Shown here piece after piece: positions 1 to 9,438 of a DNA stretch of 64,000 bases. The notes below the pieces were generated by a model. That model searched no databases and was not told the DNA's origin. It worked only from the letters and a program-made list of their open reading frames with translations. The stretch comes from Oscillospiraceae bacterium (GTDB taxonomy: Bacteria > Bacillota > Clostridia > Oscillospirales > Oscillospiraceae). Positions within the stretch are counted from its first letter, which is position 1. The number at the start of each line of letters is the position of its first letter. A program made the translations under genes and the position numbers. The DNA lies in contig WQVH01000003.1 of the NCBI GenBank assembly GCA_009781695.1, positions 12,535 through 76,534 on the forward strand, written 5' to 3'.

Positions 1-50
1 TTGTTATTGCTGTAACTGAGTAATTATTGTTAAATAAATGATGCATGGGG

Positions 51-67
51 GCGGCTTTTTAAGCCGC
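51..67 (+). terminator. GC-rich hairpin, possible terminator of an off-window upstream gene
   Basis: GCGGCTT-TTT-AAGCCGC forms a 7-bp stem, extendable with the flanking G/C. No clean U-tract follows on either strand. Confidence 0.3.
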
Positions 68-131
68 TCTTATGTCTGCGAGGGAGTGCGTTTGAAGGCA
101 TTCAAACGATACAAAAGGAGTGGTCATTTAA

Positions 132-839
132 ATGCCGCTGATCAGACTGGATAAACTGATATCTGACTCCGGAATGTACACCAGAAATGAGTCTCATGTG
201 CTGGTTAAAAGCGGCAGGGTGTCTATCGCAGGTTGCATCGCTATCTCACCCACGGAGAAGGTCGATCCTGATATTCATGAAGTTAAGATTGATCATAAGC
301 AGCTCGTTTACCGCAAGTTTGTCTATATCATGATGAATAAACCGCAAGGATTTGTTTCGGCTACCGAAGATCGGCATGAGCAAACAGTCATCGCGCTGTT
401 GGATGAAAAGTATCAAAAGCTGGGATTGTTTCCTGCCGGGAGACTGGATAAAGATACAGAAGGTTTTTTGCTTCTGACAAATGATGGAGACTTTGCGCAT
501 CGCATCACATCTCCCAATAAGCATATAAATAAACAGTATTTTGCACAAATTGATGGTGATGTAACTGATGCCGATATTGATTTGTTTTCCAAAGGTCTTA
601 AACTCGCTGATGGAACATTTTGCCGCCCATCTGTTCTTGAACGTACAGATGGCGGAGTTTATCTTACGCTTTCAGAAGGGAAGTATCATCAGGTCAAGCG
701 GATGCTTGCGGCGATTGGTAAACCTGTAAAGTATCTTAAGCGTATTTCGATCGGCGGACTGATGCTTGATGATGCATTAAAACCGGGTCAATACAAGGAA
801 ATAAACGCGTGTTTAGACTGTATTTTTTCGAAAAAGTAA
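132..839 (+). CDS. RsuA/RluF-type pseudouridine synthase with S4 domain
   Basis: S4-like N-terminus (RLDKLISDSGMYTRNES..VKSGRVSIAG). Core motif GRLDKDTEGFLLLTNDG carries the catalytic Asp. KYHQVKRM motif present. 235 aa. Confidence 0.9.
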   Translation: MPLIRLDKLISDSGMYTRNESHVLVKSGRVSIAGCIAISPTEKVDPDIHEVKIDHKQLVYRKFVYIMMNKPQGFVSATEDRHEQTVIALLDEKYQKLGLFPAGRLDKDTEGFLLLTNDGDFAHRITSPNKHINKQYFAQIDGDVTDADIDLFSKGLKLADGTFCRPSVLERTDGGVYLTLSEGKYHQVKRMLAAIGKPVKYLKRISIGGLMLDDALKPGQYKEINACLDCIFSKK

Positions 840-878
840 CAAAAATGTAAACTTTATTACAGAATGTTTATTTTGCTA

Positions 879-907
879 TTGATTTTTGTAATCACTTGGT
901 TTATTAT
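879..907 (+). promoter_or_regulatory. sigma-A-like promoter upstream of the regulator-ftsEX cluster
   Basis: TTGATT (879-884), 17-nt spacer, TATTAT (902-907). This gives a leader of about 110 nt containing the hairpin GCCGC..GCGGC (about 988-1008). Confidence 0.45.
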
Positions 908-1026
908 GTATAAAGTGCACAGGATGACATAGTCAAAATGCCAAACATTCTGATAAACGCTGATCAACTCTTTTATTGAAGTGAATCGCCGCTTACCTGA
1001 GGTGCGGCAAATGGAGGGAATTTACC

Positions 1027-2115
1027 TTGTCTAGTAGGATATTTCAGAGCGTTATTATCCAAATGAAGGACGCTACAACAAGAGCAATGGGTGTCATTGA
1101 TCCGGACGGATTGGTTGTTGCCAGCAGTGACCTTTCTTTAATTGGTACGAGTTTAGAACATATTCAAGTTCATAGCGAACTTGGAGATAATTTGATTTTT
1201 GTAAATGATCATAAGACATTTAAGCTTCTGGGGGCAGGAGCCGCTGACGACTACTGCGTATTTGTGCAGGGAGACGATGACTTTGCCCGATCTTTATGTG
1301 TTATGGCCTCCATTGCTATAAATGAAGCGGGGATTTACTTTGAAGAAAATCATGATAAGCGTGCTTTTGTAAAAAACATAGTTACAGAAAATGTCTTGCC
1401 GGGAGATATTTACATACGTGCGAAGGAACTCAGATTCGCATCGGAAGTGGTCAGAGGTGTGTTGGTCATTCGAAACAGCGCAGCAATGGATCCTTCGGTC
1501 ATTGAGATTCTGCATGACATGTTCCCGGATAAACATCATGACTTTGTTATTTCCGTGGGTGACAATGATATTGCTGTCATAAAGGAAATGCCGCCCGCCG
1601 CTGATCTTAAATATCTTTTGAAAATAGCGGAAATGGTTGAAAAAAAGCTGGAAGAAGAGCTTTCGCTAAAGACCGCTATAGGTATAGGGACACCGGCAAG
1701 GCACTTGCGTGAACTTCCGGATCGGTATAAAGAAGCGCTGATTTCAATTGAAGTCGGCAAAGTATTTGACTCTGAAAAAAATATCATCAACTATGAAAGT
1801 TTAGGTATAGGCAGACTGATTTATCAGCTACCGACAACATTGTGCGAAATATTTCTCTCTGAGGTATTTAAGCGCAATCCAATTGAAGCACTTGATTCTG
1901 AAACCTTATTTACGATTGATAAGTTCTTTGAAAACAGCCTGAATGTGTCAGAAACATCCAGAAAATTGTTTGTCCATAGAAATACTCTGGTCTACAGATT
2001 GGAAAAAATAAAAAAAATAACCGGTCTGGATTTGAGAGAGTTTGACCATGCCATCATATTTAAAGTTGCGCTTATGGTTAAAAAGTACCTAGTATCACAG
2101 GAGTCGAAATATTAA
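1027..2115 (+). CDS. CdaR/PucR-family (carbohydrate diacid regulator-like) transcriptional regulator
   Basis: N-terminal diacid-recognition-like segment (GVIDPDGLVVASSDLSLIGTSLEH). C-terminal PucR-type HTH (SETSRKLFVHRNTLVYRLEKIKKITGLDL). TTG start lies 8 nt after GGAGGG. The stop overlaps the ftsE start (TAATG at 2113-2117). Confidence 0.8.
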   Translation: MSSRIFQSVIIQMKDATTRAMGVIDPDGLVVASSDLSLIGTSLEHIQVHSELGDNLIFVNDHKTFKLLGAGAADDYCVFVQGDDDFARSLCVMASIAINEAGIYFEENHDKRAFVKNIVTENVLPGDIYIRAKELRFASEVVRGVLVIRNSAAMDPSVIEILHDMFPDKHHDFVISVGDNDIAVIKEMPPAADLKYLLKIAEMVEKKLEEELSLKTAIGIGTPARHLRELPDRYKEALISIEVGKVFDSEKNIINYESLGIGRLIYQLPTTLCEIFLSEVFKRNPIEALDSETLFTIDKFFENSLNVSETSRKLFVHRNTLVYRLEKIKKITGLDLREFDHAIIFKVALMVKKYLVSQESKY

Positions 2116-2804
2116 TGATTAGATTAACCGACGTTTTTAAGGTGTATGCCAATGGAACTAAAGCACTCAAAGGCGTCTCTTTTACACTTGAAACAGGTGA
2201 ATTCGCTTTTATGGTCGGCCCATCAGGTTCGGGCAAGTCATCGATCATCAAGCTGCTCACCGGGGAAATTGCACCAACCGATGGTCAGGTTATAGTCAAC
2301 GGTTACGACATGGAAAAGATAACGATGCGGAAAATGCCATTTTTGCGCAGAACTATTGGCGTCATTTTTCAAGATTTCCGTCTCATTGATAAGAAATCTG
2401 TGTTTGAAAACGTTGCTTTTGCCATGCGTGTAATCGGTACACCCAATAAAGAGATCCGCCAGCGCGTGTCTTATGTGCTTGAACTGGTAGGGCTCGAAAA
2501 TAAGGTTAATGCAAGGCCTGATGAACTCTCCGGAGGAGAGCAACAAAGGGTAGCCATTGCTCGTGCGCTTGTGAATAATCCATCGCTGATTATTGCGGAC
2601 GAACCGACAGGGAATCTTGACCCTGCGCGCAGTCTTGAGATTTTGCTGCTTTTGGAAAAAATAAACGAATTAGGTACAACGGTTTTGATTGTGACACATG
2701 AAAAGCCGCTTGTGGATAGATTATCTAAGCGTGTCATTGCGATTGATGGCGGGCGAATTATTAGTGACGGAATGGACGGGTATTACAACTATGAAGTCGA
2801 GTAA
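2115..2804 (+). CDS. ftsE: cell-division ABC ATPase FtsE
   Basis: Walker A GPSGSGKSS, signature LSGGEQQRV, Walker B LIIADEPTGNLD. 229 aa, followed directly by an FtsX permease. Confidence 0.95.
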   Translation: MIRLTDVFKVYANGTKALKGVSFTLETGEFAFMVGPSGSGKSSIIKLLTGEIAPTDGQVIVNGYDMEKITMRKMPFLRRTIGVIFQDFRLIDKKSVFENVAFAMRVIGTPNKEIRQRVSYVLELVGLENKVNARPDELSGGEQQRVAIARALVNNPSLIIADEPTGNLDPARSLEILLLLEKINELGTTVLIVTHEKPLVDRLSKRVIAIDGGRIISDGMDGYYNYEVE

Positions 2805-3681
2805 AAACCAGACCGGTTACTTTCTTAAAGAAGGTTTTACAAGTATTTTTGCCCATGGTTTGATGTCATTTGCATCGATATGCATCATCATCGCTTTTCT
2901 CATGATTATGGGTAGCTTCATTCTCTTAGCGGTTAATATAAACTCAATAGTAGGCGATCTTGAAAATGATAATATCATCTTGGCGTATATTGACGAGTAT
3001 CTCAGTGAAATAGAGGCTCGGGCGCTTGAGAGGGAGCTTGCGCGTACCACCAATGTCAGCAGGGTGAATTTTATAACGCGCGAGCAGGCGATGCACTCTT
3101 TCATCGGACGGCATGATGACACGGATCGTTTTGCTGATGTCGATCCCACGTGGTTTAGGCATCGATATGAGATTTTTGTTGAAGATGTTGCGCTTATTGA
3201 ATATACCTTGCAGGAAATGAGGGGGATTTATGGTGTTGAAAGGGTCAATGCCAACCTCACCATTGCAAGTGCTCTGGTGACATTCCGCAGCATAGTGACC
3301 GGTGTGTCTTTGGTAATCATTGCTGTTTTGCTTGCCATATCGTTGTTTATCATGTCCAATACGATTAAGCTTGCGATTTACGAGCGTCGTGAAGAGATCT
3401 CTATCATGAGGATGGTGGGGGCGACCAACTCTTTCATACGCTGGCCATTTACCATTGAGGGATTCATTTTAGGCTCAATGGGTGCGTTATCTGCCTTTAT
3501 CATGATCTGGAGTGTCTACGGATTTTTAGCCGGCAGAGTCTATGAGTTTGAGAATTTCTTTATCAATCTTGTGCCGTTTTCTAATGTGTATGTGGGTCTA
3601 TTTCTCTTATTTGGCGCAATAGGTTTCGGTGTGGGTGTTGGCGGCAGTGCATTGGCGCTAAACAAGTACCTGAAGGTTTAA
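2791..3681 (+). CDS. ftsX: cell-division permease-like protein FtsX
   Basis: N-terminus GYFLKEGFTSIFAHG.., then TM1, an extracellular loop domain and three C-terminal TM helices (FtsX topology). ATG at 2791 overlaps the ftsE end by 14 nt. The ORF-track start at 2698 would lie inside ftsE. Confidence 0.9.
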   Translation: MKSSKNQTGYFLKEGFTSIFAHGLMSFASICIIIAFLMIMGSFILLAVNINSIVGDLENDNIILAYIDEYLSEIEARALERELARTTNVSRVNFITREQAMHSFIGRHDDTDRFADVDPTWFRHRYEIFVEDVALIEYTLQEMRGIYGVERVNANLTIASALVTFRSIVTGVSLVIIAVLLAISLFIMSNTIKLAIYERREEISIMRMVGATNSFIRWPFTIEGFILGSMGALSAFIMIWSVYGFLAGRVYEFENFFINLVPFSNVYVGLFLLFGAIGFGVGVGGSALALNKYLKV

Positions 3682-3793
3682 GAGCAATAAGACGTATATT
3701 CGTTACGAATTGGATACAGTTTATATGTACAATACGTCTTTGTTCAACAGATTTATAAGTTTCGGATATCTTTAATAGGGGTGATGTTTGACA

Positions 3794-5041
3794 ATGAATA
3801 AAAACGCAGTAAGAATTATAGCAATCATTTTAGCAGTTGTAATGCTTGTATCCATAGGATTTATTGTTCTTGATGCAATTGCAACTCCAGCCTTGGCTAA
3901 TAATGCGAGCACTACGCGTGCTCAAATCAACAGATTGCGCGGAGAACTCAGAGATTATCAGAGAAGGAAGAGCGAAGTTCAAGCACAGATCAATGCAATT
4001 GATTTTGAAAAAAGAACTGAGCTGGCCAGAAAAAATGTGCTGGACGACAGAATCATGTTTACCGGTATGCAGATAGATAATATTGAACTGACGATTATGC
4101 ATTATGGGATGCTCATTGAGGAGAAGGAACTAGAGGTTATTGCGGCTCAAGAAAGAGAAGATGCCCAATTTGCACTCTATAGAACCAGAGTGCGGGACAT
4201 GGAAGAAAATGGTGTTATTTCCTATCTTGAGATTCTGTTCGATTCTACCAGCTTTGCTGACCTTCTCGCCCGTATTGACTTTGTATCGGATATCATGCGT
4301 GCAGATGAACAGACCTATTTCGCGCTCATCGCTGCAAGAGAAGAGACTATTGCCGCTAAGGAAGCGCTTGAGGAAACTGTGGTTGAGCGTGAAGCTGAAA
4401 GAACCCTGCTTGAAGAGATGGAAGAAGAGCTTCGGATACATCTTGAAGAAGCCGACCAAATTATTCAAGACCTACAAGATCATCGGGATTCTGAGCAGGA
4501 ACTCTTTGATCAAATCGCTGCTGATGAGGCGCGTATTTTACGTGATATTCGCCAAGCTGAGGAGCGGTTGAGACAACAGGAAGCTGCAGCTGCAGCTGCA
4601 GCTGCAAGGTCGAATCAGAACAACATAGTCAGAGGCACCGGTGATTTAATCTGGCCTGTACCGTCAAGTCGCAATGTGACGAGCCATTTTGGTTCTCGGA
4701 TACATCCTGTTTTCAGGGTAATGAGACATCATTCAGGCATTGATATCGGTGCACCTCACGGAACCACTGTTGTTGCCGCTGACAGAGGTACGGTCATCAC
4801 TTCTACTTACAATTCATCATTTGGTAATTTTATCGTAATCGCTCATGGTGAAAACAGAAATGGTGACAGAATCACGACACTCTATGCACATCTCCAGTCT
4901 CGTGGCGTGCGCGTAGGTGATGTCGTTGAAAGAGGACAAACGATCGGACGTGTGGGTTCTACCGGCGTGTCCACAGGACCGCACTTGCACTTTGAAGTCA
5001 CGGTGAATGGTACAAGAGTCAATCCGATGAGATTTCTCTAA
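3794..5041 (+). CDS. membrane-anchored coiled-coil M23 (LytM) peptidoglycan endopeptidase, EnvC/PcsB-like partner of FtsEX
   Basis: N-terminal TM or signal segment, then about 250 aa of E/R/L/Q-rich coiled coil. C-terminal LytM domain has intact HxxxD (HSGIDIG) and HxH (GPHLHFEV) metal ligands. Confidence 0.9.
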   Translation: MNKNAVRIIAIILAVVMLVSIGFIVLDAIATPALANNASTTRAQINRLRGELRDYQRRKSEVQAQINAIDFEKRTELARKNVLDDRIMFTGMQIDNIELTIMHYGMLIEEKELEVIAAQEREDAQFALYRTRVRDMEENGVISYLEILFDSTSFADLLARIDFVSDIMRADEQTYFALIAAREETIAAKEALEETVVEREAERTLLEEMEEELRIHLEEADQIIQDLQDHRDSEQELFDQIAADEARILRDIRQAEERLRQQEAAAAAAAARSNQNNIVRGTGDLIWPVPSSRNVTSHFGSRIHPVFRVMRHHSGIDIGAPHGTTVVAADRGTVITSTYNSSFGNFIVIAHGENRNGDRITTLYAHLQSRGVRVGDVVERGQTIGRVGSTGVSTGPHLHFEVTVNGTRVNPMRFL

Positions 5042-5095
5042 AGCTGACCTATACGATGCGGTAGTGATTACTCATTTGTTTAGAGATTATGGAAT

Positions 5096-6310
5096 ATGAT
5101 GAAACATAAGTTTTCCTTAAAAACAGTCATAACGCTGATGCTTCTTGCATCAGCGTTAACCTACATAGCGCTGGCAGCATTTATAGGGTATCCTTTTGGA
5201 TTTAATGACAATAGATCCGATGCTGTGCGTGATTTTGCGGCGCTTCTTTCAGTCATAGACATGTCTTATATCGGTGATTATGATGAAAATGAAGTCACTG
5301 CAGCAGCGATGCGTGCAGCAGTTGATGCTTTGGACGATCCATGGTCTTTTTTTATGACTTATGAGGAGTTTAGGCAAAATCAAAATAATACGCAAAACAG
5401 ATATGAGGGCATCGGTGTCACGGTTGTGTCCGATGAGGAGACTGAGGGCTTGAAAATTGTCCAAATTGTCTATGGTTCTGCTGCGGACACAGCCGGTCTT
5501 GTGCCCGGAGATGTCATTCTTGCTGTGGATGGAACATCTACAAAAGGCATCACGCATCATGAGTTACGAGATTTGCTTCGCCGACCAATCGGTGATTCAA
5601 TTGTGCTGTCGCTCTTGCGTCATGATGGATATGATGAGGATGTTACGGTTGTTTTTGGATTTGTTTTTGTGGATCCGGTGCATTTTGGAATGCTCGACAA
5701 TGATATAGGATATATCCGATTATATAATTTTCATTCCGGATCTGCTCAGAGTTTTATTGCTGCAACCCATGAGCTTATAGCGCAGGGAGCGCAAGGACTT
5801 GTATTCGATATGCGGGGAAATCCCGGTGGTTGGGTTACTCAGATGACAGAAATTTTGGATTTTTTGTTGCCGGAGGGTGAGATTTTTGTATTTGTGGACA
5901 GAGCCGGTAATGAACAGATCACACGGTCTGATGCCTATTATATTGATCTGCCGATGGTCGTTTTGGTCAATCGATTCTCTTTTAGCGGTGCTGAGTATTT
6001 TGCGGCGATGCTCAGAGAGTTTGACTTTGCACAGATTGTTGGTGAGCAGACAACCGGTAAAAGCAGGATACAAAGAGCAATTGAGCTGCCACGCGGCGGC
6101 GCTGTGAACATATCTTTTGCCGAATATTTGACCAAAAATAGAGTGAGTTTGCATGATGAGGGTGGGGTTGTCCCTGATTATATTGTCGCGCTTTCAGATG
6201 AGGCATTTGCTCAACTTGTTATGGGAACGCTTGAGCATTATGATGATTTACAACTGCAAAAAGCGATTGAATTGTTAATGCAGCACAAATTTTCATTGAC
6301 AAAAAATTAA
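5096..6310 (+). CDS. S41 C-terminal processing (tail-specific) peptidase with PDZ domain
   Basis: N-terminal TM. PDZ segment GLKIVQIVYGSAADTAGLVPGDVILAVDG. DMRGNPGG box. Catalytic Ser context NRFSFSGAEYF and Lys context TTGKSR. Confidence 0.9.
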   Translation: MMKHKFSLKTVITLMLLASALTYIALAAFIGYPFGFNDNRSDAVRDFAALLSVIDMSYIGDYDENEVTAAAMRAAVDALDDPWSFFMTYEEFRQNQNNTQNRYEGIGVTVVSDEETEGLKIVQIVYGSAADTAGLVPGDVILAVDGTSTKGITHHELRDLLRRPIGDSIVLSLLRHDGYDEDVTVVFGFVFVDPVHFGMLDNDIGYIRLYNFHSGSAQSFIAATHELIAQGAQGLVFDMRGNPGGWVTQMTEILDFLLPEGEIFVFVDRAGNEQITRSDAYYIDLPMVVLVNRFSFSGAEYFAAMLREFDFAQIVGEQTTGKSRIQRAIELPRGGAVNISFAEYLTKNRVSLHDEGGVVPDYIVALSDEAFAQLVMGTLEHYDDLQLQKAIELLMQHKFSLTKN

Positions 6311-6446
6311 TCAAAGCATATAATCTACATCTATTTATCGAAAGCAGTCAACAGTAAGTTTATTTGTCCAGTATCCAACTATGGGTATCGTTGGGCTTTT
6401 TGTTTGTGGTAGCACAATATTATTATTCCGGAAAGGATCATATGTT

Positions 6447-6920
6447 ATGTTTAAGGAAGCAAAGTACAAGATGAGCGAAGAGCGGCTTGCTCAATTGAAA
6501 GATGAGCTCCATTATCTGCAAACAGTCAGGGAGAAAGAAGTTGCTCAACAAATCAGGGAGGCGCGGTCGTTTGGTGACCTTACTGAGAATAGCGAGTATG
6601 ATGAAGCGAAAACAGAACAGGGTAAGCTCTATTCCAAAATAGCTGAAATCAAAAATCTCATTGATAATGCAGAAATTGTAAAAGCATCGACGAAAACTGA
6701 CCGTGTTGGCATCGGAAGCAAGGTCACTGTGAAGGATTTGGAAGATTCGTCAGAAGATGTCTTTGAGATTGTGGGTTCTCAAGAGGCTGATCCTGCACTT
6801 TCACGCGTCTCTGATGATTCGCCTTTTGGAAAGGGACTCATGGAGCGCAAAGTAGGTGAGACCATTGAGATTGACGCGCCTGTGGGCATCCTTAGATTTG
6901 AGGTGCTCAAAATTGAATAA
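6447..6920 (+). CDS. greA: transcription elongation factor GreA
   Basis: REARSFGDLTENSEYDEAKTEQ coiled-coil signature plus a C-terminal FKBP-like domain. ATG at 6447 follows GGAAAGGA. The longer ORF-track start (6381) spans a weak hairpin plus T-run (6375-6405). Confidence 0.93.
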   Translation: MFKEAKYKMSEERLAQLKDELHYLQTVREKEVAQQIREARSFGDLTENSEYDEAKTEQGKLYSKIAEIKNLIDNAEIVKASTKTDRVGIGSKVTVKDLEDSSEDVFEIVGSQEADPALSRVSDDSPFGKGLMERKVGETIEIDAPVGILRFEVLKIE

Positions 6921-6984
6921 TGGTATTATACGGATTTAATGCCATTGCTGTTTGACCTCACATGAATTGAAAGGATGATATTTT

Positions 6985-8544
6985 ATGTCTGACGCGCACT
7001 CAAAAAGCAGCACTAACCTTGAAATGGACTGGGCGCAACCGGATACATCTGCTTTGTCCGGCCCTGAAACTGAAACGGATCTCTCAGAGATACTTCAAGT
7101 GCGCAGGGATAAGCTGAAAAAGCTCCAAGATGAAGGCCGTGATCCATTTCACATCACACAATTTAAGCGCACTGCGTATTCGTCAGATGTCAAAGATGAT
7201 TTTGAGTCTTTTGAAAACAAAGATGTGATTATGGCCGGTCGGATTATGGCCAAACGTGAAATGGGCAAGGCTACCTTTATTGATATCATGGACGATAAAG
7301 GCAGAATTCAGCTCTACATCAAGCAAAATGATGTTGGGGAAGATGTCTTTTCAGATGTCAAGAAGTTTGATATTGGCGATTTCTTGGGTATCACCGGGTT
7401 TGTTTTTAAAACCAGAATGGGTGAAATCTCTATTCATTGTAAAACAGTTCAATTGCTCTCTAAATCGCTCAGACCACTTCCTGAGAAATTCCATGGGTTA
7501 ACGAATACGGAGCTAAAATACAGACAGCGATATGTGGACTTGATCATGACTCCGGAGACGCGCAGGACATTTGAAATTCGCAGTAAGTTTATCTCATACA
7601 TACGCTCATTTTTGGATGCCAGAGGCTATATGGAAGTGGAAACTCCGATATTGGGTACGATATCGGGCGGCGCTACGGCCAGACCATTTATAACGCATCA
7701 CAACACGCTTGGACTTGATATGTACTTGAGAATTGCCACAGAGCTGCATCTCAAGCGACTCATTGTCGGCGGTATTGAGCGCGTTTATGAAATAGGGCGT
7801 ATTTTCCGTAATGAAGGCATCAGCACAAAACATAACCCGGAGTTTACCACAGTTGAGCTTTATGAAGCTTATGCAGATTATAATGATATCATGGATTTAT
7901 TTGAAGAGCTGATATCTTCTGCGGCGCTCAAACTCACCGGCAGCTACAAGCTCAGTTGGTTGGGACATGATTTGGATTTGACTCCGGGATGGCCAAGAAT
8001 CTCCATGGCTGACGCAGTCAAGGAACACACCGGTGTTGATTTTATGTCATTTGAAAGTGTGGAAGATGCGGTCAAAGCAGCGGCCTCTATTGGTGTGAAG
8101 ATGCCTGATGACAGAGCGCCGACTTGGGGAGATTTGTTATATGAATGCTTCGATCAGCGGGTCGAAGAAAAGCTGATACAACCTGTCTTTATTATTGATC
8201 ATCCGGTCGAAGTATCGCCGCTGGCCAAGAGGAAACAGTCAGATCCACGGCTTACCGAACGTTATGAGGTATTTATATGCCGCAGTGAAATGGGCAATGC
8301 TTTTTCCGAATTAAATGATCCTATTGATCAGAAACAGAGGTTTATAGAGCAGGCAGCCATGAGAGATGCCGGATTCCTTGAGGCGGGCATGATGGATGAA
8401 GATTTTGTCAATGCGCTTGAATATGGCATGCCGCCAACCGGTGGATTGGGTATCGGTATTGACCGTTGTGTTATGATGCTTACAAACAGTGCGTCTATCC
8501 GGGATGTTCTTTTATTCCCGACCATGAAGCCTGTTGAGGACTAA
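6985..8544 (+). CDS. lysS: lysyl-tRNA synthetase, class II
   Basis: OB-fold anticodon-binding N-domain. Class II motifs ([23 protein letters not shown]). 519 aa. Confidence 0.97.
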   Translation: MSDAHSKSSTNLEMDWAQPDTSALSGPETETDLSEILQVRRDKLKKLQDEGRDPFHITQFKRTAYSSDVKDDFESFENKDVIMAGRIMAKREMGKATFIDIMDDKGRIQLYIKQNDVGEDVFSDVKKFDIGDFLGITGFVFKTRMGEISIHCKTVQLLSKSLRPLPEKFHGLTNTELKYRQRYVDLIMTPETRRTFEIRSKFISYIRSFLDARGYMEVETPILGTISGGATARPFITHHNTLGLDMYLRIATELHLKRLIVGGIERVYEIGRIFRNEGISTKHNPEFTTVELYEAYADYNDIMDLFEELISSAALKLTGSYKLSWLGHDLDLTPGWPRISMADAVKEHTGVDFMSFESVEDAVKAAASIGVKMPDDRAPTWGDLLYECFDQRVEEKLIQPVFIIDHPVEVSPLAKRKQSDPRLTERYEVFICRSEMGNAFSELNDPIDQKQRFIEQAAMRDAGFLEAGMMDEDFVNALEYGMPPTGGLGIGIDRCVMMLTNSASIRDVLLFPTMKPVED

Positions 8545-8547
8545 AAT

Positions 8548-8570
8548 AAAAGCCGCTTTATGCGGCTTTT
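8548..8570 (+). terminator. rho-independent terminator after lysS
   Basis: AAAAGCCGC-TTTAT-GCGGCTTTT lies 4 nt after the lysS stop, with the U-tract included in the span. Confidence 0.8.
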
Positions 8571-8617
8571 ATAAATATAAAGTGTAGAATTTATATGTGA
8601 AAGTGTAGAAATATGCT

Positions 8618-9352
8618 ATGGAAAAGATAACCAGCAGAAAAAATCCGCTCTGTATCCATTTTAAAAAATTAGGCGCTGACAGAGCATATAGGGAATCTTG
8701 CGGTGAATTTTTATGCGATGGAATCAAGCTGCTTAAAGAAGCCGAGCAAAGCGGCACTGAGATCGTAGCCGTATTGACTTCAACGCACATACCTTTTGGA
8801 CTGCCAATAAATACAAAGCTCTACCTTACTGATCAGGGCGTAATCAATTCGCTTTCACCGCTCAAGAACGCACAAAATGTGTTGTTTTCATGCAAAATGC
8901 CTCAGCAGCAAGAACGAAAAGAAGCATCGGGCATACTGCTTGACGGCATCCAAGATCCGGGAAATCTTGGCACGATTATGCGTACCGCTCATGCTTTCGG
9001 TATAAAAAATATCATTTTGACCGGTGACTGTGCAGATATTTACAATCCAAAGACGATTCGGGCCACTATGGGCGCTATTTTTAAGCAGCGTATCAAACAC
9101 CTGAATATCGCAGAACTTGCACGCATGAAGCATGGTGGTGTCAGACTTATCGGAGCGGTGCTCAGTGATGCTGCACAGGACTTTCGCAATGTGTGCTTGA
9201 CTGATTCGGTTGTTGCAATCGGTAGCGAGGGTGCCGGACTTTCGGACGATGTCATTGCGCTTTGTGATGAACAAATTATGATACCTATATCTGTTGAGTG
9301 TGAATCCTTAAATGCGGCGATTGCTGCGGGTATCATCATGTTCAACATATAA
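8618..9352 (+). CDS. SpoU/TrmH-family RNA 2'-O-methyltransferase
   Basis: SPOUT motifs LLDGIQDPGNLGTIMRTAHAFG, AIGSEGAGLS and ESLNAAIAAGIIMF. Confidence 0.88.
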   Translation: MEKITSRKNPLCIHFKKLGADRAYRESCGEFLCDGIKLLKEAEQSGTEIVAVLTSTHIPFGLPINTKLYLTDQGVINSLSPLKNAQNVLFSCKMPQQQERKEASGILLDGIQDPGNLGTIMRTAHAFGIKNIILTGDCADIYNPKTIRATMGAIFKQRIKHLNIAELARMKHGGVRLIGAVLSDAAQDFRNVCLTDSVVAIGSEGAGLSDDVIALCDEQIMIPISVECESLNAAIAAGIIMFNI

Positions 9353-9438
9353 TACAGCACGAGTTTGTTCTGTGCCGCTCGAAAACATAAAATACTGATA
9401 GGAGCAGTCAGTCAAGCTGATTGGAGGAGTTGTGTTTA

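Noticed and set aside
6921-6984. T-box or other leader upstream of lysS (and likewise 30478-30550 upstream of leuS)
   Set aside because: The gaps are only 64 and 73 nt, too short for a T-box riboswitch of about 200 nt or more. No specifier or T-box sequence was seen.
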